Source: Candidatus Uhrbacteria bacterium RIFCSPLOWO2_01_FULL_47_17 (GTDB lineage: Bacteria > Patescibacteriota > Patescibacteriia > UBA9934 > GWF2-40-263). From it: a stretch of 64,000 nucleotides of DNA. The stretch is taken from positions 404,208 through 468,207 of the forward strand of contig MGEI01000005.1 of assembly GCA_001791305.1 (NCBI GenBank), written 5' to 3'. Position 1 is the first letter of the stretch; the number at the start of each line of letters is the position of its first letter. The notes under the pieces were generated by a model. It did no database searches, had not been told where the DNA came from, and worked only from the letters and a program-made list of their open reading frames with translations. The translations under genes and the position numbers were made by a program. This document shows, piece by piece, positions 1-9,746 of this stretch.

Positions 1-221
1 TTCTCCGCCTCGGAGTGTATGAATTGAAGTTTGCCGATGCGATTCCCGCAAAGGTCGCCATCAATGAAGCAATCGAACTCGCCAAAGGATTCGGTGGACA
101 GTCGAGCGGAAGATTTGTGAACGGAGTTCTTGGAGCGGTGTATAAAGATATGGTGGCGAAGGGAGAAGTGAAGAAGGTGGATTTGGAGGTGAAGGAGGAA
201 AAAGTAACTAATATTGGCTGA
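1..221 (+). CDS. nusB: Transcription antitermination factor NusB (5'-truncated by window edge)
   Basis: LRLGVYEL...[30 protein letters not shown] is the NusB C-terminal signature. Confidence 0.93.
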   Translation, partial: LRLGVYELKFADAIPAKVAINEAIELAKGFGGQSSGRFVNGVLGAVYKDMVAKGEVKKVDLEVKEEKVTNIG

Positions 222-270
222 GCTTGTCGAAGCCTCGAAAAACGCATCTGGGCCTTCGACAGGCTCAGGC
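216..270. repeat. REP-like inverted repeat (GCTGAGCTTGTCGAAGCC ... GGCCTTCGACAGGCTCAG)
   Basis: Imperfect inverted repeat 216-234 / 251-270 between nusB and the likely rnc start. Confidence 0.7.
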
Positions 271-282
271 AATAACTTTTGT

Positions 283-978
283 ATGCCTAAAACCGAACTA
301 GCTGATCTCGAACAAACTCTTGGTGTTACGTTTCAGAATAAAGACACGTTACAACAAGCGCTTGTTCATCGATCGTATTTAAATGAACACCCAGACTTTC
401 GTTTGGGTCATAATGAACGTCTCGAGTTTCTCGGTGACGCAGTTCTCGAACTGGTCGTTACAGAACACTTGTACTCGCATTTTGAAAATCCAGAAGGGGA
501 ACTCACAAACTGGCGCGCGGCTCTTGTGAATGCGGAAATGCTCGCGGAGCTTTGTAATAAATTGGAAATTGAACCGTACTTACATTTGTCGCGAGGGGAA
601 TCAAAGGATACGGGATCAAAGGCGCGCAAATATATTCTCGCCAATGCCTTCGAAGCCATCATCGGATCGATTTACCTCGACCAAGGTTGGGTCGGCGCCA
701 AAAAGTTTATCGATGAGCGCGTGCTCTCTCAGCTTGATCGTATTTTGAAAGACCAATTACACATCGATCCAAAAAGCCGTTTTCAAGAAGCGGCACAAGA
801 ACATGAGGGTGTGACGCCTTCGTATAAAGTCTTGTCGGAAACGGGTCCAGATCATGCAAAAGAATTTATTGTTGGCGTGTTTATCGGTAAGGAACAGATC
901 GCGACAGGAACCGGAATGTCCAAGCAAGAGGCACAAGTTTCAGCTGCGCAGGCGGGGATTGCGGCGAAGGAGTGGTAA
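283..978 (+). CDS. rnc: Ribonuclease III
   Basis: HNERLEFLGDAVL signature, ANAFEAIIG, C-terminal dsRBD (DPKSRFQE...GPDH...SKQEAQ). Start moved to ATG 283 because the ORF-track extension is the repeat. Confidence 0.96.
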   Translation: MPKTELADLEQTLGVTFQNKDTLQQALVHRSYLNEHPDFRLGHNERLEFLGDAVLELVVTEHLYSHFENPEGELTNWRAALVNAEMLAELCNKLEIEPYLHLSRGESKDTGSKARKYILANAFEAIIGSIYLDQGWVGAKKFIDERVLSQLDRILKDQLHIDPKSRFQEAAQEHEGVTPSYKVLSETGPDHAKEFIVGVFIGKEQIATGTGMSKQEAQVSAAQAGIAAKEW

Positions 979-1031
979 TTTTTGCGTCATCCTGAAGGAG
1001 TCAGACGACTGAAGGATCTCTCATGAAAATC

Positions 1032-1057
1032 AAAATCGGCTCGTGTGAGCCGATTTT
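1032..1057. terminator. Bidirectional terminator between convergent rnc and hydrolase
   Basis: AAAATCGGCTC-GTGT-GAGCCGATTTT hairpin. Confidence 0.7.
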
Positions 1058-1064
1058 AAATTTG

Positions 1065-1667
1065 TCATTGCGAGGAGTTCGACGACGCGACAAGCTTGAG
1101 TACTGCCTCAAGCGCACTCGGCAATTCTTTTGTCCCTCCGTCTTCGGTGAAGTGTCCCATTGCGTGTTCAACGACAATTTTTGATCCAAGTTCGTCTCTA
1201 AATCGATCTTGATTATCCATTGGCACGAACGGATCATTGTCGGAGAAAATCGCGACAGAGTTTGGAAGGTGTGATTTTATTTTTTCGAGATTGAGGGGAG
1301 TTTCGAGCCAGTGTTTTTCGATGTCTTGTGATTCTTCTCCCTCCTCCGCAATATTTGTGAGTCTCGTTAAGAATCCAGCGACAAACACCGCACCACCAAC
1401 GCGAACGTTCTCGGGCAATGTCTCGAGATAGCGTACAATCGCCTGACATCCCATTGAGTGCCCGACAAAGAATGTTTGTTCGTCAGCGGTTCCAACAATC
1501 TCGGAAATTTTTGGAATCCAATTAAAAATGCGAGGACGAGCCGCATCCGGCATGTGAGGAGTGACGACTTCGAATCCTTGTTTCTTGAGTTCAGTTTTCA
1601 ACCAAGGGAGCCAACCTTCCTCCGGTGTACCATCCCAACCATGAATAATGAAAGCGCGTTTGTGCAT
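1065..1667 (-). CDS. Alpha/beta hydrolase, RBBP9/YdeN family
   Basis: IIHGW, GHSMG nucleophile elbow, DNDPFV and GHF triad motifs. Confidence 0.88.
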   Translation of the reverse strand: MHKRAFIIHGWDGTPEEGWLPWLKTELKKQGFEVVTPHMPDAARPRIFNWIPKISEIVGTADEQTFFVGHSMGCQAIVRYLETLPENVRVGGAVFVAGFLTRLTNIAEEGEESQDIEKHWLETPLNLEKIKSHLPNSVAIFSDNDPFVPMDNQDRFRDELGSKIVVEHAMGHFTEDGGTKELPSALEAVLKLVASSNSSQ

Positions 1668-1701
1668 ATGGAAACAGAATAACAGATTGTGTCATTCGTT
1701 T

Positions 1702-1725
1702 GTAGGGGAGGGTCGTGACCCTCCC
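1702..1725. repeat. GTAG-type REP-like palindrome
   Basis: GTAGGGGAGGGTCGTGACCCTCCC, nearly identical to 32163-32192. Confidence 0.75.
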
Positions 1726-1760
1726 ACACAAATGCATAGCATAAAAAAACTCCGAACAGG

Positions 1761-2108
1761 TTAGTCGGAGTTGACGCAAATAGATGATTCGACCAGATCA
1801 TGGAATTTCATGTGGTGTGAGAATCGATGACCTTCGAAATGAACTTCGATAACATTGCTTGTTTTTCCGTTTGCGTATGGTCGATGAATCTTGATGACGA
1901 TTCCGCGTGCGCCCTCTTCGGCGCCAAACTTTCCGTTTGCAATCACCATCTGACCGCGTTCGGCGCGCGCACGATTGTTTCGAATCGAATAATAAACCCC
2001 ACCAGTTTCTCGTTCAAGAAAAAAACCATTGACTTCTTCTGTGGCGATCCCAAACTCAGGTCGAATCGGAACCGGATCTTCATGAGCGTTTACGGTCGGT
2101 TTTATCAT
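1761..2108 (-). CDS. Hypothetical protein (115 aa)
   Basis: ATG with upstream AAGG, hairpin downstream; no recognisable motif. Confidence 0.6.
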   Translation of the reverse strand: MIKPTVNAHEDPVPIRPEFGIATEEVNGFFLERETGGVYYSIRNNRARAERGQMVIANGKFGAEEGARGIVIKIHRPYANGKTSNVIEVHFEGHRFSHHMKFHDLVESSICVNSD

Positions 2109-2227
2109 TGTGGTTTGCCTTTTTGGTTGGGGGGAAAGAGCGAAACGTAAAGGAAACGTATCAGAAGAATTGGTTTACGTCAACTGTCCGAATCAAAAAA
2201 AATACACCACGAAAAGTGATGTATTTT

Positions 2228-2302
2228 TGGTGCACCGGGCGGGGATCGAACCCGCGACCAAGAGATTAAGAGTCTCCTGCTCTACCGCTGAGCTACCGAT
2301 GC
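2228..2302 (-). tRNA. tRNA-Lys(CTT)
   Basis: Cloverleaf GCATCGG...CCGGTGC-A-CCA, anticodon loop CTCTTAA, GGTTCGAT T-loop. Confidence 0.95.
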
Positions 2303-2377
2303 ATGTGCGTCGAAATAATACTGAATTGATTGACGGACGTCAATATTTGCATTATGATTCCGCTGTTCGAGGAATAT

Positions 2378-2454
2378 GCGAGCGTAGCTCAGCTGGATAG
2401 AGCGCGTGGCTTCGAACCACGAGGTCGGGGGTTCGAGCCCCTCCGCTCGCACCA
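2378..2454 (+). tRNA. tRNA-Arg(TCG)
   Basis: GCGAGCGTAGCTCAGCTGGATAGAGC...CGTGG-CTTCGAA-CCACG...GGTTCGAG...CGCTCGCACCA. Confidence 0.95.
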
Positions 2455-2566
2455 CAAAAGCACCACGATTAGTGGCGCTTTTTTGTTTCCTGGAATCTTG
2501 ACATTTTTGGAAAAATTTGATAGTTTCCATTCATCGTTCCTTTTGATTTCCACATGAAGGGAGGTT

Positions 2567-3094
2567 GTGATGGCCGCAGATAGAGATTGGAATCTCCAGT
2601 TTGTTCTTCCTCGAATCGTGTTTTTGGTCTTGTGTCTTGTTGGTGGATTCGGATTGTTTCACGCAAGTCGAGTGATCAAAATCCCTTCTTCGTTCATGGA
2701 ACCAACAGGTGATCCGATTTCACCACCTTCTTCCAATCCTCAACCGTCCGCTCTGCTCTCTATGCCCGTGCTTACGGAAGCGCAGATGAGGCAAGCGATT
2801 GCATCTGATTTGAAGATTCAAGCTGGTCCTTGCAGAGGGTACCCTGGAACCGAACAAATCATTGCGAACATTTGCGATGACGGAAACGGATCGTTCTTTG
2901 TCATGCTGAATCCAAACGCCCCACCAACGCTTCGGATCGCGCATCTCATGGAACGCGTTCGTTCCTACAAGCGCGATTTTCCTGATCGACGTATCCTTGG
3001 TGTGACACCGGTGACAGACACACTTTGCGAAGAGAATAATTGCGCGCATATCATGTACGGCGCGTACGGTCGGTACGAAGTTGTTCAAAAGTGA
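2567..3094 (+). CDS. Hypothetical protein with N-terminal transmembrane anchor
   Basis: Hydrophobic N-terminal helix, Pro-rich linker, Cys pairs; TTGACA promoter, GGAGG SD, terminator 3101-3133. Confidence 0.7.
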   Translation: MMAADRDWNLQFVLPRIVFLVLCLVGGFGLFHASRVIKIPSSFMEPTGDPISPPSSNPQPSALLSMPVLTEAQMRQAIASDLKIQAGPCRGYPGTEQIIANICDDGNGSFFVMLNPNAPPTLRIAHLMERVRSYKRDFPDRRILGVTPVTDTLCEENNCAHIMYGAYGRYEVVQK

Positions 3095-3163
3095 TTTCTC
3101 AACAGTCTCCGCGTGAGGCTGTTTTTTATTTTTTGGACAAAGAAAAAAACGCACCGGGGTGCG

Positions 3164-3547
3164 TTAGAAGGTGGAAGGCCGAGGCGTCATGGAAGAGTTT
3201 GGAGCGGTGTATCCCGCTGCGGGTTCGTTCATGCGGCGTTCGGTGTACTTGACCGCGGAAGAACCTGACACGGCGCGATACGAACCGGACGGGCGACCAG
3301 AGCTCACGAACTTCGTGTTCGTGTCGAGCGTACGGGTTTCGATCTTGATGGTCGGGAAGCGACCCTTGAGCTTGTCATAGGCGCGTCGATGGCACGCAGG
3401 AATGAGATCTGCGCGTGCGGTCGACGGCGTCTTGTGGACGTGGCCGATCGGACGCGTACCGCCCAGGGCGAAAATCGGAACGATGTTTTCTTCGTACGCG
3501 TATTTTTCGCACCCGAGACACTTTTCAGCTTGACCCTGACTTGGCAT
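3164..3547 (-). CDS. Hypothetical protein, possible Zn-binding (CxxC...H...C)
   Basis: ATG 3547 after AAGGA; CLGC and later H/C residues. Confidence 0.55.
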   Translation of the reverse strand: MPSQGQAEKCLGCEKYAYEENIVPIFALGGTRPIGHVHKTPSTARADLIPACHRRAYDKLKGRFPTIKIETRTLDTNTKFVSSGRPSGSYRAVSGSSAVKYTERRMNEPAAGYTAPNSSMTPRPSTF

Positions 3548-3727
3548 GAGGATTTCCTTGTGGAAGTCCACCAAAAGCAATTAATCTGCCACATGACAGA
3601 TGTCCGCCTTTGGCGGGGTGAGGGTTGAAAGAACCAGGCACTAGGGATTTCGATAGAATACGTGCGCTAGATTATTTTGTCAAAGCTTCCGGTGTGAATA
3701 AAAAAAGACCCGGGCAGGGTCGAAGGG

Positions 3728-4441
3728 TCAGGAGGGTTTTGTGATGCGCGAATCGATAGATCGCTCCGGCTTGCCGACCCGTTGCCAGGTCGGGAACGGA
3801 ACGCGCACGCGGCAGGACTGATTCTTGAGCGGGCATTTCATGTTGTTGTGCGTCCCTGTTTTTTCAAACGGGCATACACAAGTCGCCTTATGCGTTTTCT
3901 TCGGCAGCGACGCGTACGAAATCATCTGCATGCCATGACGCATGCCAAGATGAATGGCGGCGAGGTTCGTCGTGGTCGCAAGAATGTTCTTGCTTTGGTT
4001 CTCTGAGAGGATGCGACGATAAAGCGCGTCTGCAATCGGCATATGACGACTGCCATGATAGCGATAGTCAGGATGAACCCAGAGCGTGCCGAGTTCGAAC
4101 CAGTCGCGATCCTGTTCGTCTCGACCAAGGTGCCAAAGCGCGATGCATCCGACGACGAGGTAGTTGAGTCGTGTATCAACAGCGATGATGATGTGATGCT
4201 GGTCCGCAACGGTCCGAAGTTCGAGACTCGTCTTTGTGAGCAGGTGTTCTTCATTTTGCGTTGCGTCAACGACTTGCGGAATCCACCAAGCAAAACGCTT
4301 GAGAGCTGATCCAGAGAGGTATTGAATTCCCGGTGTGCGAAACGTGTCGAACAGATTTGCGGGCGTGGTGCCAAGCGAGCTTGTTTGGAACACCGCGAGC
4401 AAATCTTTGCGTGTTTGCGGATTAAACAACGATGGGATCAT
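3728..4441 (-). CDS. GNAT-family N-acetyltransferase with Cys-rich C-terminus
   Basis: ELGTLWVHPDYRYHG motif A; GGAGG SD before ATG 4441. Confidence 0.72.
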   Translation of the reverse strand: MIPSLFNPQTRKDLLAVFQTSSLGTTPANLFDTFRTPGIQYLSGSALKRFAWWIPQVVDATQNEEHLLTKTSLELRTVADQHHIIIAVDTRLNYLVVGCIALWHLGRDEQDRDWFELGTLWVHPDYRYHGSRHMPIADALYRRILSENQSKNILATTTNLAAIHLGMRHGMQMISYASLPKKTHKATCVCPFEKTGTHNNMKCPLKNQSCRVRVPFPTWQRVGKPERSIDSRITKPS

Positions 4442-4527
4442 GATTCCTCCGTGCATGAGCCAAAGGAGAATATCGGAATCATTGGAAAGTTGCAAGACGC
4501 GTACCACTTCTTTATGATACAGAACAT

Positions 4528-5427
4528 ATGATCGAAGCCATCTCAGAATCCATTGCAAAAGTTGTTGGGGCGCAAAAAGGTCCAACGATTGTGGTGATGG
4601 GCGGAATTCACGGAAATGAACGTACAGGTGTTGAGGTCGTAAAAAAACTTGCGTATCAGTTTGAACATAGCGAAATCAATCTTGCGTCAGGAGTGTTGTA
4701 TTTGATTTTAGGAAATCCAAAAGCGATTGAGCGTGATACCCGGGGGAGTGAAGACCATGCGGATTTGAATCGTTGTTTTAAACGCGACGTTCTCGAATGC
4801 ATTCCCGAAACGTACGAACAGACGCGCGCTCAAGAGATCGCAAAGATTCTCGCCACAGCCGACATCTCAATCGACCTTCACGCCACAAACAAACCTTCCG
4901 TCCCGTTTCTTTGCTGCGCCGTCGACGAGGCACACGAAAAAATTTACCAATGGTTTGACTGCGACCGCGTCCTCGCTGATCCACGCTACATCCTCGGCGG
5001 CGAGCCTGTGACGACGGACGAGTTTATCGATCTCAACGGTGGAGTCGGAATTTGTTATGAGACTGGACAGTCGAAGGATTTGAGTCGCATTGACGAGGTG
5101 TTGAGTGATGTGAGGGATGTGTTGAGGGATCAGAACATGATCGCGGCTATGGCCCCCTCTCCCTTCGAGGGAGAGGGCGGGGGGAGAGGGGTCACACGAT
5201 CTGTTTATGAACTCGTCTCCGTCATCAATCTCACCGAAGCTGGATTTCGATACGAAGGAACTCTCGGTGGCGGGTCGTTCGAGGAATTCACTTCTGGCCA
5301 AACGATCGGCTACATCGGTGATAAACCCGTGGTTGCCGAGTTTGATGGCGTGATCGTGTTCCCAAAGATTCCGGAATTGCAGACCTTTGGGAAGCCGGTG
5401 GTGTATCTCGCAAAGAAAATCAAGTAA
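4528..5427 (+). CDS. Succinylglutamate desuccinylase/aspartoacylase family (M14) hydrolase
   Basis: GGIHGNE, DLNRCF and IDLHA Zn-binding motifs. Confidence 0.87.
   Translation: MIEAISESIAKVVGAQKGPTIVVMGGIHGNERTGVEVVKKLAYQFEHSEINLASGVLYLILGNPKAIERDTRGSEDHADLNRCFKRDVLECIPETYEQTRAQEIAKILATADISIDLHATNKPSVPFLCCAVDEAHEKIYQWFDCDRVLADPRYILGGEPVTTDEFIDLNGGVGICYETGQSKDLSRIDEVLSDVRDVLRDQNMIAAMAPSPFEGEGGGRGVTRSVYELVSVINLTEAGFRYEGTLGGGSFEEFTSGQTIGYIGDKPVVAEFDGVIVFPKIPELQTFGKPVVYLAKKIK
5152..5196 (+). repeat. 45-bp GC-rich palindromic element inserted in frame (APSPFEGEGGGRGVT)
   Basis: Identical to 24672-24716; related copies at 29401-29444, 35401-35434, 36916-36954. Confidence 0.92.
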
Positions 5428-5445
5428 TGTTACTATCTGTCTGTT

Positions 5446-6714
5446 ATGAAATATTCAAATTGTTTTGCGAAAACGTCTAAAATGGCGCCGGCGGATGCGG
5501 ATTCGGCGAATGCCAAATTCCTTGTTCAAGCCGGGTTTGTGGATCAGACCATGGCCGGGGTTTATACCTGGTTGCCGTTCGGATTGTCTGTGCTTCGTAA
5601 AGTTGAACAGATTGTCCGCGAAGAAATGAATGCGCTCGGAGCTCTTGAGATTTTTATGCCGTCCCTTCATCCAAAAGAATTTTGGGAGGCAACCAATCGT
5701 TGGGACAATGTAGGCTTTCATTTTAAAACTCATTCGCAAACAGACAAAGATTACGCGCTCGGCGCAAGTCATGAAGAAGTTGTGACGCCACTCGTGAAGA
5801 AATTTATTGAGTCGTATAAGAGTTTGCCGTTTGCAACATACCAGATCAACACAAAGTTTCGTGACGAGCTTCGAGCGAAGTCCGGCGTGCTTCGTGGTCG
5901 AGAATTCCGCATGAAAGACATGTACAGCTTTCACACGAACCAAGAAGATCTTTCCGCATTTTATCAGAAGACTCTCGAGGCATACGTTCGTGCGTACAAC
6001 CGATGTGGTCTCAACGTAAAAGTTGCTGAAGCAAGTGGAGGCGTTTTTACAAAGAACATGTCGCACGAGTTTCAAGCATTGACGGATGCGGGTGAAGATA
6101 CGATTCTTGCATGTTCGAAGTGTGAATTCGGACAGAACGTCGAAGTTGCAACGGTAAAGGATGGAGACGCGTGTCCAAAATGTGGAAGTTCGATTGTGAC
6201 CGTGAAGGGAATTGAGATCGGAAATATTTTTGATCTTGGAACAAAATACTCGGACGCCTTCGACCTGAACTTCACGGATGAAAATGGCGAGCGCAAAAAA
6301 GTTTTGATGGGATGTTATGGAATCGGAACTTCGAGATTGGTCGGCGCAATCGTTGAGGCGTGTCATGATGAAAAGGGAATGATCTGGCCAAAGTCTGTTG
6401 CGCCATTCCAGGTTCATCTTGTGACACTCAACAGCAAAGACGATGCGGTTCGCGAGAACATCATGGGAACGGCTGATGACCTTGTGCGAGATCTCGAAGC
6501 ACAAGGTGTTGAGGTTCTCTGGGATGATCGCGAGGATGTGTCTCCGGGCGCCAAGTTCGCGGACGCAGATTTGATCGGCGCGCCACTTCGTGTGATTGTT
6601 TCCGAGAAGTCATTGAAAGAAGAATCGGTTGAATGGAAAGAACGCGCAGGAACAGAAAGCCGATTGGTGAAATTGGCGGATGTATTGGAAGAAATAAAAG
6701 AATTCGTGAAATAA
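5446..6714 (+). CDS. proS: Proline--tRNA ligase (short form, no editing domain)
   Basis: KFRDELRAKSGVLRGREFRMKDMYSF motif 2, MGCYGIG motif 3, anticodon-binding domain. Confidence 0.95.
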   Translation: MKYSNCFAKTSKMAPADADSANAKFLVQAGFVDQTMAGVYTWLPFGLSVLRKVEQIVREEMNALGALEIFMPSLHPKEFWEATNRWDNVGFHFKTHSQTDKDYALGASHEEVVTPLVKKFIESYKSLPFATYQINTKFRDELRAKSGVLRGREFRMKDMYSFHTNQEDLSAFYQKTLEAYVRAYNRCGLNVKVAEASGGVFTKNMSHEFQALTDAGEDTILACSKCEFGQNVEVATVKDGDACPKCGSSIVTVKGIEIGNIFDLGTKYSDAFDLNFTDENGERKKVLMGCYGIGTSRLVGAIVEACHDEKGMIWPKSVAPFQVHLVTLNSKDDAVRENIMGTADDLVRDLEAQGVEVLWDDREDVSPGAKFADADLIGAPLRVIVSEKSLKEESVEWKERAGTESRLVKLADVLEEIKEFVK

Positions 6715-6722
6715 ACGGATAA

Positions 6723-6749
6723 TAGGCGGGGTCTCTGACCCCGCTTTTT
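6723..6749 (+). terminator. proS terminator formed by a REP-like palindrome
   Basis: TAGGCGGGGTCTCTGACCCCGC followed by TTTTT; same family as 22712, 26057, 34036. Confidence 0.7.
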
Positions 6750-6752
6750 GTA

Positions 6753-6781
6753 TTGACAAAATGCCGAAAATCGGGTAGTAT
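6753..6781 (+). promoter_or_regulatory. Sigma70-type promoter of mqo-like gene
   Basis: TTGACA-17bp-TAGTAT. Confidence 0.65.
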
Positions 6782-6824
6782 TCGACCTCGTCTAAAAACG
6801 ATTTGGCGAGCGGGAGGAAGGAAT

Positions 6825-8141
6825 ATGTACGACGTCATCGTAGTCGGCGGTGGAGTTTCTGGAACGGCTTTGCTCTGGGTTTTGTCTCATTACTCGAGCG
6901 CAAAGCGTATTTTGTTCATTGAACGACGCAAGGGCGTTGGAATGGTGAACTCGAACGTCACGAACAATTCGCAGACGCTTCACAAGGGCGACATCGAAAG
7001 CAACTATGCGCTCGACAAAGCGCTCCAAGTGAAGTGGGGTGCGGATCTGCTCAGCGCGTTTGTGGACGAGCATTTGCCGCACGGCAAGCTCGTGATTCCA
7101 AAGCAATTGATCGCCGTCGATCATGAAATCGACGAACTTACGACTCGGTTCCACGCGTTCAAGTCGCACTATCCGGACATCCAACTCCTTGATCGAGAAG
7201 GCATTGCCGCGCTCGAGCCGAAGGTGATGGAAGGTCGTGATCCGAATCAAAAGATCGCGTCGCTCTACAGTCCTCGCGGTCACGCCGTGAACTATCATCT
7301 GCTCGCGGAGAAGTTTCTCGAGCTCGCGCGCCAAGGCGGTGCCGAGATCGATGTGCTTTACAACACGTCCGTTCAAAGCATCGATCGCGCTGCGCATGGA
7401 TTCAATGTGAAAGCGGACGGCGTCATTCATTCGGCGAAGTTTGTGAACGTATCGGCAGGATCGGCGAGCCTCTTGTTCGCTCATGCTCTCGGTTACGAAC
7501 AGGATCTCGCACTTCTTCCCGTTGCCGGCAGTTTTTACACCAACAAGCGTGTTGGTGGATTGCTGCAAGGCAAGGTGTACACCATGCAGAATCCGAAGCT
7601 GCCGTTTGCGGCTGTGCACGGAGATCCAGCGGTGTACAACACGGACGAAACACGTTTCGGTCCGACCGCTCGGCCGCTTCCGCTCCTCGAGCGCGACTCG
7701 TGGCGGACGCTCGCCGAGTTTCTCGACATCGGCACCATAACGCCGCGCGGAATCTGGAGTCTTCTGAAGATCGTCTGCGATCCAACCATCGGCAAGTTCG
7801 CCGCCTGGAATATGGTGTTCGACCTCCCGTGGATCGGCACGCATGCATTCCTGCGCGACGCGCGCAAGATCGTGCCAAGCCTCGGTATCGACGACATCAT
7901 GCTCGACAAAGGCGCAGGCGGTGTGCGCGGTCAGCCGTTCAGTCTCGTCACCGGTCAGATCGTGAAAGGTCGCGATCGCTTCATTCCAAAGGACGCGCCC
8001 ATCGCGTTCACGCTCGCTCCTTCGCCAGGTGCATCGTACTGCCTCGGCAACGCGGTCGAACTCTCGCGCGCGATCGCAGAGCGCACGTCGATCCAGTTCG
8101 ACGAACGGCGTCTCCTTGCAGATCTCCATCCTGCGATGTAA
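6825..8141 (+). CDS. mqo: FAD-dependent oxidoreductase, Helicobacter-type malate:quinone oxidoreductase-like
   Basis: VIVVGGGVSG FAD motif, NSQTLHxGDIESNY, LPFAAVHGDP, TRFGPT, GGVR, PSPGAS. Confidence 0.7.
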   Translation: MYDVIVVGGGVSGTALLWVLSHYSSAKRILFIERRKGVGMVNSNVTNNSQTLHKGDIESNYALDKALQVKWGADLLSAFVDEHLPHGKLVIPKQLIAVDHEIDELTTRFHAFKSHYPDIQLLDREGIAALEPKVMEGRDPNQKIASLYSPRGHAVNYHLLAEKFLELARQGGAEIDVLYNTSVQSIDRAAHGFNVKADGVIHSAKFVNVSAGSASLLFAHALGYEQDLALLPVAGSFYTNKRVGGLLQGKVYTMQNPKLPFAAVHGDPAVYNTDETRFGPTARPLPLLERDSWRTLAEFLDIGTITPRGIWSLLKIVCDPTIGKFAAWNMVFDLPWIGTHAFLRDARKIVPSLGIDDIMLDKGAGGVRGQPFSLVTGQIVKGRDRFIPKDAPIAFTLAPSPGASYCLGNAVELSRAIAERTSIQFDERRLLADLHPAM

Positions 8142-8258
8142 TTCTCTTCTAAGAGTCTCTGATGAGACTCTTTTTTCTTTACGTTTGTGGTGCATGGACG
8201 GCTCGCGAACCGCCCCTACGTTGACAAACCTCTTTTTTTCTGCTTTACTAGAATTAGT

Positions 8259-8412
8259 ATGAACTTATTTTTTGCTCACATCACAGGGAAACCAATGTTC
8301 GCCGATTACTCCGTCGAACGTACTTTTATTTTCCCGGTTTGTGATGCATTGATTTAAGGTATTTTCCTAGAATCAGTCCAAGATCAACCCGGGAAACCGG
8401 GTTGTTTTGTTT
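8259..8412 (+). promoter_or_regulatory. Putative leader peptide (32 aa, 8259-8357) plus attenuator hairpin upstream of MFS gene
   Basis: Promoter TTGACA(8221)-17-TTTACT, short ORF, CAACCCGG-GAAA-CCGGGTTG-TTTTGTTT terminator. Confidence 0.6.
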
Positions 8413-8527
8413 GTAGTGCATCGATGAACTGGTGAAAACTGGTTCTATCGATCGCGTTACTTTTTCGAAGAAAACGGGTGCAGATGTCCTGCAAACGGTT
8501 GCTTCGTGCTGCTCTTTGGAGGAATTC

Positions 8528-9700
8528 GTGCGCACTGAACACAAATATTATTTGTATGACGCGGTTGTTGATTTCGGACTCGCGATGACCGTTACGGCTT
8601 ACGCGCCGTTTCTTATTTCGATCGGACTCACACTCGGCGAAGTCTCGCTCATCAACGCGTTCTTCTGGCTCACAATCGTCCTTGCGGAAATTCCAACCGG
8701 GATGCTCGCGGACGGGAAGAGTCGGGCGTGGTCGCTCAAAATGGGATGTGTATTTTTCACTCTCGGTGCATTTGCTTATCTGTTTGCGAACGGATTTTGG
8801 AGCGCACTCGTTTGCGAGTGTGTAATCGGAATCGGCATGGCGTTTTTCTCGGGAGCCGAGCAGGCGTGGGTCACAGACGCGCTTCATCGCGAAGGTCGCG
8901 ATCATGAACGTCGCAAGGTCTTTGCGACCGCGGGTGTGATCCGTGGATTCGTGATGGTTGTTGGTGGATTTCTCGGATCGATCTTCGCCCTCTCGAACGC
9001 ACGACTCATCTGGCTTCCGATGATCATCACCTCGCCGCTTGCATGGCTCGTGGTTCACAAACTCATGAATGGACAAGGAGAGCCGATTCACAAGATGACC
9101 GAAGTCGAAGCGTTGCGCGCGAGTGTGTCGCTTCTGAAATCGAATCGATCGCTCAAGTGGGTGATTGGAATGATGTTCGTGTTTGGTGCCGTCATATCGT
9201 TCAATCACTTTTGGTCGCCGTATTTCCAACCGCTCGTTGGAACGATGGGGCTTTCCTGGGTGTGGGCGATCATGTATATCGGTCTCGCGCTTTCCGCCGT
9301 TATCGTTCGTCGTCTCTCGATTCCTCAAGGGCAAGAAGCGGCATGGATTGCGGCATCGGTTGTTGTGACCGGTATTGGTCTTGGGGGTGTAGGTCTTTCC
9401 TCCGGCCTTCTTCTTCCGCTCTTTATGGCGACCATGCATGAATGCGGCCGTGGAATGCTCGGTCCGCTCGTCGATTCGTTTGTGCAACATCGCGTTGAAA
9501 GCGGATACCGCGCAACGTTCGGCTCGCTTCAATCTCTTCTCGGAAAGATCAGCCTCGCGATTGTGCCGGCTCTCATCTGGCTCACAATTCGTCATGATCC
9601 AAACACGCCCGAGACGATCCGCTTCGTCTGGTTTGTGTGCGGACTCGTTCTGATCATTGGATCGCTCATGTTGTTTCTTGTGCGTCCACGAAACGCATAA
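8528..9700 (+). CDS. MFS transporter
   Basis: About 12 hydrophobic segments, EIPTGMLADGKSR motif A, FFSGAEQAW, YRATFGS; GTG start after GGAGG. Confidence 0.88.
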   Translation: MRTEHKYYLYDAVVDFGLAMTVTAYAPFLISIGLTLGEVSLINAFFWLTIVLAEIPTGMLADGKSRAWSLKMGCVFFTLGAFAYLFANGFWSALVCECVIGIGMAFFSGAEQAWVTDALHREGRDHERRKVFATAGVIRGFVMVVGGFLGSIFALSNARLIWLPMIITSPLAWLVVHKLMNGQGEPIHKMTEVEALRASVSLLKSNRSLKWVIGMMFVFGAVISFNHFWSPYFQPLVGTMGLSWVWAIMYIGLALSAVIVRRLSIPQGQEAAWIAASVVVTGIGLGGVGLSSGLLLPLFMATMHECGRGMLGPLVDSFVQHRVESGYRATFGSLQSLLGKISLAIVPALIWLTIRHDPNTPETIRFVWFVCGLVLIIGSLMLFLVRPRNA

Positions 9701-9746
9701 CTTAAAACCACCCGTCGCTAAAGCTTTGGGTGGTCTTTTTTTCTTG

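Noticed and set aside
2228-2454. Prophage or island integrated at the tRNAs
   Set aside because: No integrase, phage genes or duplicated tRNA 3' end seen in the window.
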